Shown here: positions 36,351 to 44,932 of the stretch, piece by piece
Layout: each line of letters starts with the position of its first letter
Position numbering within the stretch: the stretch's first letter is position 1
Assembly: GCA_902767245.1 (NCBI GenBank)
Contig: CACXGO010000037.1
Location: 1 to 61,224 of the forward strand
From: an uncultured Erysipelotrichaceae bacterium
GTDB taxonomy: Bacteria; Bacillota_I; Bacilli_A; RF39; UBA660
Direction of reading: 5' to 3'
Length of the DNA stretch: 61,224 bases
Notes under the pieces: model-generated
The model's database searches: none
What the model saw: only the letters and a program-made list of their open reading frames with translations
Told to the model about the DNA's origin: nothing
Translations under genes and position numbers: made by a program

Positions 36351-38441
36351 GTGATTAATAAGAAGGGTTTTACACTTATAGAAGTTATTAGCGTTCTAGT
36401 TATATTAGGTCTTATTGCAACACTTGTAGTAACACAATACTCTAATATAATAAAAGATAGTCGTAAACAATTAAACGACGAACAAAAATCACGATTAGTT
36501 GAAGTTGCTAAAAATGTATCACTTAATAATAAAGAATGTTTACAAATTGCTAAAGATAATGAAGCCGGTTCAAAAATAACTATAGATCAAATGAAAAAAA
36601 ATGGTTATATTGCTAACACAGATTTAAAAGATTTAGAAAAAAATTCGAACCTTGATGCTTGTGTAATTATTAATTGGGATTCTATCTATCAAAAATTTAA
36701 TTATCAATATTCTGAAGAATGTAATGTTCCAAAAAATTGTATTATTACAGCAGAATCCGAAAAAGTAATTATAAGTAGCTTTAATTTTGAAGGCGGAAAT
36801 TATACGAATCAGCAAAGTATTACATATAATTTACAATATAGTGCAAGAATTAGTGCTGACTATTGTATTACATTAGAAAATGAAGCAAGTTGTAATTGGA
36901 AAAAACTAAACAGCAATTTAACAAGTTTATCAGGTAATATTAATATTACAAAAAATGAAAACATTGTTCATCTTTATGTCAGAAATAGTAATAAAAATAT
37001 AATAAATTCAATAGATAGAACAATTTATTATGATACAGTACCACCAACATGTGTTTGGCAAAGTGCCAAAGATAATTATATTAAAAATGGTGGATCTACA
37101 GAAATTGTTTTAAGCTGTAATGATCCTGCTGGAATAGATAATGTCACTTTATTATCATCTACAATTAGCTATAATAATTCACTTATTTCATTAAGTGATG
37201 CTATTGTTACAGAAAATGCTAATGGAAAGGATTACAAATTTTCAATTTTAGGATTAACGGGAAATGGAGAAGTAACCTTGTCATTAAATTCAGGTGTTTT
37301 GAAAGATAAGGCCGGTAATGCTATTAATACTACCCTTACGAGTAGTTCAATAGTAGTTGATAATATTTCGCCTACAGCAGATATAAAAATTAATGAGTCT
37401 AATTACACAAATAGTGAGTTTGTAACATTATATTTTTCTAATGCGTCTGATGTTGACAAAATGTGTATAAGCAATACTTCTGGGGGAAATTGTTCTTTTG
37501 TTGCCTATGCTAGTTCTTATCCATGGACTTTAAGTACAAGTGATGGAACTAAGACTGTTTATGTGACATTTAGAGATAGAGCAGGAAATGAAGCAACTAA
37601 AACAGCATCAATTGTGCTTGATAAGACAGCACCAATTTGTACTAGTAGTGCATCTAGTTCTATTAATAGCATAAAAGAAAATGCGTATGTTGATTATACA
37701 ATTAATTGTGTGGATGATAATTTTGAGACTAGACCTCAAATAACAACAGATATGCTTCTTATAGATAACCCTAATTTGGCTGATATTGAAGTTTTAGGTA
37801 CTAATACAAGTGGTACTAAAATTCGTGTAACTGCTAAAAATGGTAATGGGAACATGGCAGTCTATTTAACTCCTTCAATTGAAGATAAAGCTAAAAATAA
37901 AAATATACAAAAACAATTATTTAGTATCAATATTGATAATACACCACCATCAAATAATAGTATTTCGTTTAAATATGACAAAATGACTATAACTAATTTA
38001 AACTATGTGAATTTGGTTTTATCAAGTGATTTACTTCCAAATGAAGGTTATTATTGTTTAAAATTGGAGGATGATATTAGTAAATGCACTAATTCTAATT
38101 GGGAAGTTTATAAAACAAATGTGATTTTTGATGTAAGTCATACGGATGGGACATATAATATTTATGTATTTTTTAAAGATATAGCAGGAAATGTTTCTCC
38201 AAATTCAGTTTCAAAGTCTATAAAAATAAATCATAATGCTATTCAATGCGAATTAAAATTAGAAGATGACAGGTTATTTATTAATTCAACATCAAATAAC
38301 CTAGCTGCAACTCCATATTTTATAAATGGTGAATGGACAACACAAAACTATATTCCAATAGCGAATAATCAAACGCATTATTTTGCCTATATAAAAGATA
38401 ATAATAATGAAATAAATTATTGTGAATATGATAACACTTAA
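36351..38441 (+). CDS. Large modular type IV pilin-like protein (prepilin N-terminal cleavage/methylation motif plus ~5 Ig-like modules)
   Basis: (M)INKKG/FTLIEVISVLVILGLIATLVV is a class III signal peptide with Glu at +5. The C-terminal ~600 aa has recurring ...D.AGN...(I/V)xxDxxxPxC... module boundaries. GTG 36351 lies 5 nt after AGGTGA. Confidence 0.75.
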   Translation: MINKKGFTLIEVISVLVILGLIATLVVTQYSNIIKDSRKQLNDEQKSRLVEVAKNVSLNNKECLQIAKDNEAGSKITIDQMKKNGYIANTDLKDLEKNSNLDACVIINWDSIYQKFNYQYSEECNVPKNCIITAESEKVIISSFNFEGGNYTNQQSITYNLQYSARISADYCITLENEASCNWKKLNSNLTSLSGNINITKNENIVHLYVRNSNKNIINSIDRTIYYDTVPPTCVWQSAKDNYIKNGGSTEIVLSCNDPAGIDNVTLLSSTISYNNSLISLSDAIVTENANGKDYKFSILGLTGNGEVTLSLNSGVLKDKAGNAINTTLTSSSIVVDNISPTADIKINESNYTNSEFVTLYFSNASDVDKMCISNTSGGNCSFVAYASSYPWTLSTSDGTKTVYVTFRDRAGNEATKTASIVLDKTAPICTSSASSSINSIKENAYVDYTINCVDDNFETRPQITTDMLLIDNPNLADIEVLGTNTSGTKIRVTAKNGNGNMAVYLTPSIEDKAKNKNIQKQLFSINIDNTPPSNNSISFKYDKMTITNLNYVNLVLSSDLLPNEGYYCLKLEDDISKCTNSNWEVYKTNVIFDVSHTDGTYNIYVFFKDIAGNVSPNSVSKSIKINHNAIQCELKLEDDRLFINSTSNNLAATPYFINGEWTTQNYIPIANNQTHYFAYIKDNNNEINYCEYDNT

Positions 38442-38476
38442 AAAAGATTTTATGAAACCTTTCATAAAATCTTTTT
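38442..38476. terminator. Bidirectional 16-bp hairpin terminator
   Basis: AAAAGATTTTATGAAA (38442-38457) / TTTCATAAAATCTTTT (38460-38475). Confidence 0.8.
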
Positions 38477-38666
38477 ATATTATTTGATAGTTATTCATCA
38501 TATTTGAATTTAAATTTTGTCCATTTAAATTAGCTTCTAATATAGATAATCTTTTTTCAATATTTGTAATTCTTTGTTCAATATTATTGGTTTCTTGTGT
38601 AAGAGGCATCATTGGCATCATTGGTTGATAAGGATACATCATTCCACAATTTCGATCTATTTGCAT
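38475..38666 (-). CDS. Small Met/Pro/Asn-rich protein with a coiled-coil segment; function unknown
   Basis: AAGGAGA RBS about 7 nt upstream of the ATG on the minus strand, and its own terminator. MMYPYQPMMPMMP... then NNIEQRITNIEKRLSILEANL. Confidence 0.5.
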   Translation of the reverse strand: MQIDRNCGMMYPYQPMMPMMPLTQETNNIEQRITNIEKRLSILEANLNGQNLNSNMMNNYQII

Positions 38667-38746
38667 AAAACATCTCCTTCGTTTATTTCACTAACATTAT
38701 ATGCATTTTATCTAGTTTGGTGTATAATGAAATTGGTGAATAATAG

Positions 38747-39379
38747 ATGCGTTTAAAAAATATTAAAGGAGCAAAAGAAAGAATAAGCTTATCTCCTTAT
38801 CTAATAAAAGATACATTTGGTTTTAAAGGTAATTATTTAAAACTATTTAAAAATAATAATCCCATTCATTTAGAAATAGGAGTAGGTAAAGGCGATTTTT
38901 TAATAAAAATGGCAGAACAAAATCCAAACATAAATTTTATTGGAATTGAAAAATATGATAGTGTTTTAATCAGAGCTATTGAAAAGATTGATGAAAAACA
39001 ACTTGAGAATATCTATTTTATTCGTGAAGACGCAATTTTGATTGATAAAATCTTTGACCATGAAATAGATAAATTATATTTAAATTTTTCAGATCCTTGG
39101 CCGAAAGAAAGACATGCTAAAAGAAGATTAACAAGTCCTGTCTTTTTAGAAAAATATGATTTTATTTTTAAGGGCAAAAAAGTAATCCAAATGAAAACTG
39201 ACAATCGTAAACTATTTGAGTATTCCTTAATTTCAGCAAATGAAAATGGTTATAAAATATCAGAAATTAGTTTGAATTTATATGCGGATGATTTAAGTGG
39301 TAATGTTGCTACCGAATATGAAACCAAATTTGTTAATGCCGGGGAAAATATATATCGTGGAGTTTTTATAAAGGATTAG
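38747..39379 (+). CDS. trmB: tRNA (guanine46-N7)-methyltransferase
   Basis: LEIGVGKGDFL, GIE, YLNFSDPWPKERHAKRRL, KTDN. Confidence 0.92.
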   Translation: MRLKNIKGAKERISLSPYLIKDTFGFKGNYLKLFKNNNPIHLEIGVGKGDFLIKMAEQNPNINFIGIEKYDSVLIRAIEKIDEKQLENIYFIREDAILIDKIFDHEIDKLYLNFSDPWPKERHAKRRLTSPVFLEKYDFIFKGKKVIQMKTDNRKLFEYSLISANENGYKISEISLNLYADDLSGNVATEYETKFVNAGENIYRGVFIKD

Positions 39380-39459
39380 ACACTTTGTTTACTGTAAATA
39401 GTCAAAAAAGTTTGTAAAAATTGAATAATTTGGTATACTTATAGTAAGTGTGGTGGAAT

Positions 39460-40074
39460 ATGAAAAAATATTTTCTATTGTTATTGTTACTTTTTTTCGT
39501 AACAGGTTGCACTGTTGTTAGAATTAACACTAAAAGTATAGATAACATTGTATCAGTTATACTGTCAAAAGAAAATACTCTTTATAATACAATTGGTAAA
39601 GGATATAAATATTATGTTCCTAGAGGAGTAGTTTATATTGATAGTAATGAGTATAATGAAAAATTATATTGTAATGGTGATTATTATTATTTGTATTTAG
39701 ATATCATTAGTTATTACTATAAAAAGTCCTTTACTTATAATGAAAATGAAAATTTGTATTACTCTAAAAGTATAGATATTAATAACAAAAAAGGCTATTT
39801 AGAAATTACTAAAATGGATGATAAATATTATTTAGTAGAATTTATGTATAATTATGCTAAAATTGAGGCTTTAGTTACAGAAGATAAAATAAACGAAGTT
39901 GTTCTAAATGCCACGTATATACTTTCAACCATAAAATATAATGATAATGTTATAAAAATTATTTTAGATGAAGACTATTTTGTAAATAAAGAAGAAAAAT
40001 ATGATATATTTAAATCAACAAATAATTCAACAAGTTTTGAACTTGAATTTAATGAAATAGAGGAAGAGGAGTGA
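39460..40074 (+). CDS. Putative lipoprotein, Y/N-rich; function unknown
   Basis: MKKYFLLLLLLFFVTGC is a signal peptide with lipobox VTGC. ATG 39460 is preferred to the track GTG 39448. Confidence 0.6.
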   Translation: MKKYFLLLLLLFFVTGCTVVRINTKSIDNIVSVILSKENTLYNTIGKGYKYYVPRGVVYIDSNEYNEKLYCNGDYYYLYLDIISYYYKKSFTYNENENLYYSKSIDINNKKGYLEITKMDDKYYLVEFMYNYAKIEALVTEDKINEVVLNATYILSTIKYNDNVIKIILDEDYFVNKEEKYDIFKSTNNSTSFELEFNEIEEEE

Positions 40075-40078
40075 TAAT

Positions 40079-40831
40079 GTGGGTATATTTGACAAATTAA
40101 AAAACATGTTCACAGAAGAAGATTATGAAGAAGAAAAAGAGCCTATCAAAAAAGAAGTATTTCAAGTAGAAATACCAGCTCCAAAAATTGAAGAGAAGAA
40201 AGAAGAAATAAAAGAAGAACCAAAAAAAGAAGAAAAATTTGTTTTTCCAGTATATTTTGATGATTCTGATTTTGAAAGTGATGATAAAAAACCTTCACCA
40301 AAAACAAATAGTTCTCGAAACAGAGAAATTGAACCAGCTATTTATAAACAAACTCAATCAAAAGAAGAACCAAGAAAAAGGTTTAAGTTGTCGCCAGTAA
40401 TCTCGCCAGTATATGGAATTCTTGATAAAAATTATAAAAAAGAGGATATAATAGAAACTAAAAAACAACCAGAAGATTATTTTGGTTATAAAGGAGATAG
40501 TGCTTCAAGAGTTGATCGTGTAAGAAAAAAAGCTTTTGGGACATTGGAAGATGAATTAGAAAATTCTTTAGATCATGTTGATGTGAAAGAATATGAAGTA
40601 GAACAAACAGTAACTAATGAAGTTAAAGAAGATTTAGAAAAAGAAGCTACTCAAGATGCTGAACTTGAAGATATGTTTTTTGATAAAGATATGACCTTAG
40701 AAGAAGCTATAAATAAATATGAAGCAAAAGAAAAAGAAGAAATAAAAGAAAAAGATGATTTAATTGAAAGTGATTTATTTAATTTAATTGATTCAATGTA
40801 TGATAAAGAAACTAAGGAGGATGAAGAATGA
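40079..40831 (+). CDS. Highly acidic E/K-rich, probably disordered protein with an N-terminal amphipathic helix; function unknown
   Basis: MGIFDKLKNMF resembles membrane-targeting helices of SepF-type proteins. Central conserved-looking RFKLSPVISPVYGILD. No recognisable folded domain. Confidence 0.5.
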   Translation: MGIFDKLKNMFTEEDYEEEKEPIKKEVFQVEIPAPKIEEKKEEIKEEPKKEEKFVFPVYFDDSDFESDDKKPSPKTNSSRNREIEPAIYKQTQSKEEPRKRFKLSPVISPVYGILDKNYKKEDIIETKKQPEDYFGYKGDSASRVDRVRKKAFGTLEDELENSLDHVDVKEYEVEQTVTNEVKEDLEKEATQDAELEDMFFDKDMTLEEAINKYEAKEKEEIKEKDDLIESDLFNLIDSMYDKETKEDEE

Positions 40832-41109
40832 CAGACACATTATTAATCATAATTTATAGTTTAATTGCTATACTATTATTAGTACTAATTATATTTATAA
40901 TAAGACTATTTAGTACTTTATCTAAATTAAATCAAACATTAGATGATGTAAATTCAAAAATTGAAAAATTAAATGGCTTATTTAATATTATTGGGAATAC
41001 AACTGATTATATATCAGTTATTGGTGATAAATTTATTGATAAGATAACAGGATTAGTTGATAATTTATTTACCAAAAAGAAAAAGGAAGGAGAAATTGAA
41101 GATGAGTAA
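40828..41109 (+). CDS. DUF948-type small membrane protein
   Basis: N-terminal TM helix followed by a coiled region (LSKLNQTLDDVNSKIEKLNGLFN); ATGA overlap with the upstream ORF. Confidence 0.6.
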   Translation: MTDTLLIIIYSLIAILLLVLIIFIIRLFSTLSKLNQTLDDVNSKIEKLNGLFNIIGNTTDYISVIGDKFIDKITGLVDNLFTKKKKEGEIEDE

Positions 41110-41566
41110 AAAAGGTTTTGGAAAAATAATGGCAGGAGTTGGAATTGGCTTAGGCTTAGGATTCTTGTTCGCTCCAAAGAGTGGTGAAACAACTAGAAAA
41201 GAGTTAAAAGAAAAGTTAGAAGAAATGATTAAACGTGTAAAAAACATGGATTCTAAAGAAGTAAAAGCTCAAATCGAAAATAAGGTAAATGGTTTAAAAG
41301 AAGATTTAGCAAATTTAGATAAAGAAAAAGTTTTAGAAGTTGCTAAAAAAAAAGCAGCAGAAATTCAAGACAAAGCAAGTGATTTAGTTGAATATGCTGT
41401 TGATAAAGGGACTCCAATTTTAGAAAAGTTAGCAAATTCTATAAGAGAAAAAACTTTAGTTGTTACAAAAGAGGTTGTTAAAAAGTTAGAAAAAGAAGAA
41501 CCAGAAAAAGCAACTCCAATTGAAGAAGTAGAAGAAAAAGTAACAAAAGCCAAAAAAACAAAATAA
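41102..41566 (+). CDS. YtxH domain general-stress-like protein
   Basis: KGFGKIMAGVGIGLGLGFLFAPKSGETTRKELKEKL is a YtxH signature. ATG 41102 after GGAGA; the track start 41057 would overlap the DUF948 gene. Confidence 0.75.
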   Translation: MSKKGFGKIMAGVGIGLGLGFLFAPKSGETTRKELKEKLEEMIKRVKNMDSKEVKAQIENKVNGLKEDLANLDKEKVLEVAKKKAAEIQDKASDLVEYAVDKGTPILEKLANSIREKTLVVTKEVVKKLEKEEPEKATPIEEVEEKVTKAKKTK

Positions 41567-41590
41567 AAAATCACAAATTGTGATTTTTTT
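41565..41590. terminator. Bidirectional terminator ytxH-like / rnj
   Basis: AAAATCACAA (41567-41576) / TTGTGATTTT (41579-41588). Confidence 0.75.
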
Positions 41591-43274
41591 ATTTGCTTTT
41601 CTTTTTAACTTCCATTATAACTGGTAAAACAATAGGTTTTCTACCAGTTTTTTCAAATGCATAAGGTGTTATAGTAGCAATGATTTCAGATTTAAGATCA
41701 GCATAATTAACATTTTTAGTTAATTTTTGCTCAATTGCTTTTTCTGCCATATCTTCAATCTCATTTAATAGTTCTTCATTTTCATTAACTAAAACAAATC
41801 CTCTAGTTGAAATAATTGGTTTATTAATTAGTTTATTTTTATTAACATCTAAATTTATTATTACAACAATAATTCCATCATTAGCCATAATTTGGCGCTC
41901 TTTAATGATAGATGCTCTAATATCACCAATACGATTACCATCAACATAAACATCTCCAGCTGAAATCTTTTCATCAGAAAGTATTATTTTTTCATTCTTC
42001 ATTACCAAAACATCACCATTTTTTAAAACAAATGTGTTATTCTTTGGAATGTCACAATTGTTAGCAATCTTTGCATGTTGTTTAAGCATTCGATATTCAC
42101 CATGGCAAGGCATGAAATATTTTGGTCTTATTAATCTTATCATAAGTTTTAATTCTTCTTCATTTCCATGACCAGAAGTATGAATATCATTTAATGACGT
42201 ATTGGTATATACTTCGACGCCGCGCATATAAAGTTTATTAATAATTCTTGATATATTTACAGCATTCCCCGGTATAGTTGAAGATGACATAATTACCAAG
42301 TCATTATCACGTAATTTTATATGTTTATGAGTACCGTCAGCAATTCTTGATAAAGCAGCTAATGGTTCGCCTTGAGTTCCAGTACATAACAAGCAAACTT
42401 TTCCATCAGGAAGTTTATTGGCTTCTTCAGGTGAAACAAAAACATCTTTATGTTTTATATATCCACCTTGAATTGAAATATCAATATTTGTTTCCATACT
42501 ACGACCAAATATTGCAATTTTTCTTTTGTTTTTTTTACAAGTATCAACAATATGTTTCAACCTATAAATGTTAGATGCAAATGTTGCAATTATAATGCGC
42601 CCATTTTTATGTTTTAAAAATATTTCTCCTAAAGCCTCATCTACTTTTGATTCGCTAGTTGAAAAACCACTATTTAAAGCATTGGTACTTTCACTTACTA
42701 AAAGAGTTGGGTGACTACCACCGATGTTTGCCATTTTTTCCAAATTCGCCATTGGCCCTATTGGAGTTAAATCAAATTTAAAATCGCCCGTAAATACTAC
42801 TGATCCTTCAGGAGTTTTAACATAAATTCCGTGAGAATCAGGAATTGAATGCGTGGTTTGAAAAAACTCAACCGTTATATTTTTAAATTTTATTTTCTGG
42901 TTTTGATTATAAACAAACAAATTTTTAAAGTTAATATTTCGTTCTTCAAATTTTTTCTTTATTAATCCAACAGCTTGATTAGGAGCGTATATAGCTGGTA
43001 TTTGTACAGTTTGAACCAAAAAAGGAATAGAACCAATATGATCCTCGTGACCATGAGTTATAAATAAACCTTTGATTTTTCTTTCATTTCTTTTTAAAAA
43101 TGAAAAATCCGGAATAATATAGTCAATACCAAGTAAATCATCTTCAGGGAATATAACTCCAGCATCAACAATAATAATTTCATCTCCATGCATTACACAA
43201 TACATGTTTTTACCAATTTCACACAAGCCACCTAAAGCAAAAATTTTAGTTGATGTATCTTTAAATAATTTCAT
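41589..43274 (-). CDS. rnj: Ribonuclease J (metallo-beta-lactamase / beta-CASP)
   Basis: IFALGGLCEIGKNMY, ITHGHEDHIGSIPF, TGDFKFD, HTSGHG, PCHGEYRML. Confidence 0.95.
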   Translation of the reverse strand: MKLFKDTSTKIFALGGLCEIGKNMYCVMHGDEIIIVDAGVIFPEDDLLGIDYIIPDFSFLKRNERKIKGLFITHGHEDHIGSIPFLVQTVQIPAIYAPNQAVGLIKKKFEERNINFKNLFVYNQNQKIKFKNITVEFFQTTHSIPDSHGIYVKTPEGSVVFTGDFKFDLTPIGPMANLEKMANIGGSHPTLLVSESTNALNSGFSTSESKVDEALGEIFLKHKNGRIIIATFASNIYRLKHIVDTCKKNKRKIAIFGRSMETNIDISIQGGYIKHKDVFVSPEEANKLPDGKVCLLCTGTQGEPLAALSRIADGTHKHIKLRDNDLVIMSSSTIPGNAVNISRIINKLYMRGVEVYTNTSLNDIHTSGHGNEEELKLMIRLIRPKYFMPCHGEYRMLKQHAKIANNCDIPKNNTFVLKNGDVLVMKNEKIILSDEKISAGDVYVDGNRIGDIRASIIKERQIMANDGIIVVIINLDVNKNKLINKPIISTRGFVLVNENEELLNEIEDMAEKAIEQKLTKNVNYADLKSEIIATITPYAFEKTGRKPIVLPVIMEVKKKSK

Positions 43275-43401
43275 AAAAATCCTCCTTTCATTTAATTTTT
43301 TTAATGATACAATTATACGCTAAAAAAAATAAGTTGTCTAGTTTACAAGTATTGTAATTTTTTATCTAATAGTGTAAAATTAATATGATAGGTGATTATA
43401 A

Positions 43402-44388
43402 ATGGGGATTTTTGGATTTTTTAAAAATTTTAAAGCAAAAACAGATAAAGAAAAAGAAGAAATAGCTTTATATGATAATGGTTTGAAAAAAACTAGTGAA
43501 CATTTATCAAATAAGTTTTCTTTGTTAAATACAAAATATAAGAAAGTAAATGATGAATACTTTGATGAATTAGAAGAAGCACTTATTATGGCAGATGTTG
43601 GAGTAGATACAGTTGTCAAACTTATTGAAAAGCTAAAGTCACGTGTAAAACACGAAAACATAGAAAATGTTAAAGACTTAAATGAAATTGTAATTGATGA
43701 ATTATTTGTTATTTATGTTAATAATGATATTATTGTTAATAAAATAAATTTTAGTGAAAGTAATCCTACCGTAATTTTATTCGTTGGGGTAAATGGTGTA
43801 GGGAAAACAACAACAATTGGTAAACTAGCAAACGATTTAAAAAATAAAGGCAAAAAAGTTTTACTTGTAGCTGGTGATACTTTTCGAGCAGGTGCTATTG
43901 AGCAATTAAAAGAATGGGGTAAAAGGGTTGATGCACCAGTTGTATCAAATGAAAGTGCAGATCCTGCAAGCGTGGTCTATGATGGCTTAAAAAGGGCGAT
44001 TGATGAAAATTATGATGTAGTTTTAATTGACACTGCAGGGCGTTTACAAAATAAAACAAATTTAATGAATGAGCTTGAAAAAATAAATAGAGTAATTGGA
44101 AATATTGTTCCAAATGCCCCACATGAAACATTACTTGTTTTAGATGCAACAACTGGCCAAAATGGAATTTCACAAGCTAAAAGCTTTAAAGAAATTACAA
44201 AAATAACAGGAATTGTGTTAACTAAACTTGATGGAACAGCTAAAGGCGGAATTGTATTAGCAATCAAAGAAGCTGTAGGTATTCCCGTTAAATACATTGG
44301 TTTAGGTGAAAGAAAAGAAGACTTAAAAGTATTTGATATTGAAAAATATATTCATGGAATTTTTAAAGGATTGATTGATAGTGAATAA
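43402..44388 (+). CDS. ftsY: Signal recognition particle receptor FtsY
   Basis: LFVGVNGVGKTTTIGKLA, VAGDTFRAGAIEQL, IDTAGRL, LTKLDGTAKGG. Confidence 0.97.
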   Translation: MGIFGFFKNFKAKTDKEKEEIALYDNGLKKTSEHLSNKFSLLNTKYKKVNDEYFDELEEALIMADVGVDTVVKLIEKLKSRVKHENIENVKDLNEIVIDELFVIYVNNDIIVNKINFSESNPTVILFVGVNGVGKTTTIGKLANDLKNKGKKVLLVAGDTFRAGAIEQLKEWGKRVDAPVVSNESADPASVVYDGLKRAIDENYDVVLIDTAGRLQNKTNLMNELEKINRVIGNIVPNAPHETLLVLDATTGQNGISQAKSFKEITKITGIVLTKLDGTAKGGIVLAIKEAVGIPVKYIGLGERKEDLKVFDIEKYIHGIFKGLIDSE

Positions 44389-44629
44389 TAAAAAAATAAA
44401 AATTATTTTAGATGTTCAAGTAATAGTTATGATTGTATTTTTGATTTTTATAATAATGTCATTTTTTATAAAAGCATTAGCTGATTTTAGAGAAATTGCT
44501 TTGGGTTTAATACTTTTAATGATGGCATACACAAATAAAAAAGTATATCCTAAAAACAAGATGACATTTTTATATATTGTATTTGGACTTTTACTTATAA
44601 TTCCAAATATAGTGAGGTTGGTAAGTTAA
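44375..44629 (+). CDS. Small hydrophobic (about 3 TM) protein; function unknown
   Basis: ORF overlaps the ftsY 3' end (TTG 44375 or GTG 44381) and is hydrophobic throughout. No homology recognised. Confidence 0.4.
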   Translation: MIVNNKKIKIILDVQVIVMIVFLIFIIMSFFIKALADFREIALGLILLMMAYTNKKVYPKNKMTFLYIVFGLLLIIPNIVRLVS

Positions 44630-44920
44630 ATGGAGAATACTGTATATTTGACCATTTTATATGACTATTACAAAAATTTATTAACTGAGAAACAATGCTT
44701 ATATTTTGAAGATTATTATTTTTACAATTTGTCTTTAAGCGAAATGGCAGAAAGTTACCACATAAGTAGAAGTGCTGTTAATAAGCAATTAAATCTGACA
44801 ATCAATAAGTTGTATGAGTATGAATCAAAATTAAATTTATACGAAAATGGTTTAAAAATAAAAAAACTAATTGAAAAATTACCTGAAAAAACAAAAGAAG
44901 AAATTGAAAAATTAATATAG
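44630..44920 (+). CDS. ylxM: YlxM-type putative DNA-binding protein (UPF0122, SRP-operon associated)
   Basis: YLTILYDYYKNLLTEKQCLYFEDYYFYNLSLSEMAESYHISRSAVNKQL parallels B. subtilis YlxM ([43 protein letters not shown]). Position after ftsY. Confidence 0.85.
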   Translation: MENTVYLTILYDYYKNLLTEKQCLYFEDYYFYNLSLSEMAESYHISRSAVNKQLNLTINKLYEYESKLNLYENGLKIKKLIEKLPEKTKEEIEKLI

Positions 44921-44932
44921 GGGTTGATTTAT

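Noticed and set aside
38574-38756. 60-aa plus-strand ORF overlapping the small minus-strand gene and the trmB start.
   Set aside because: It is antisense to an ORF that has a good RBS and terminator, and it runs into trmB out of frame. It has no RBS.
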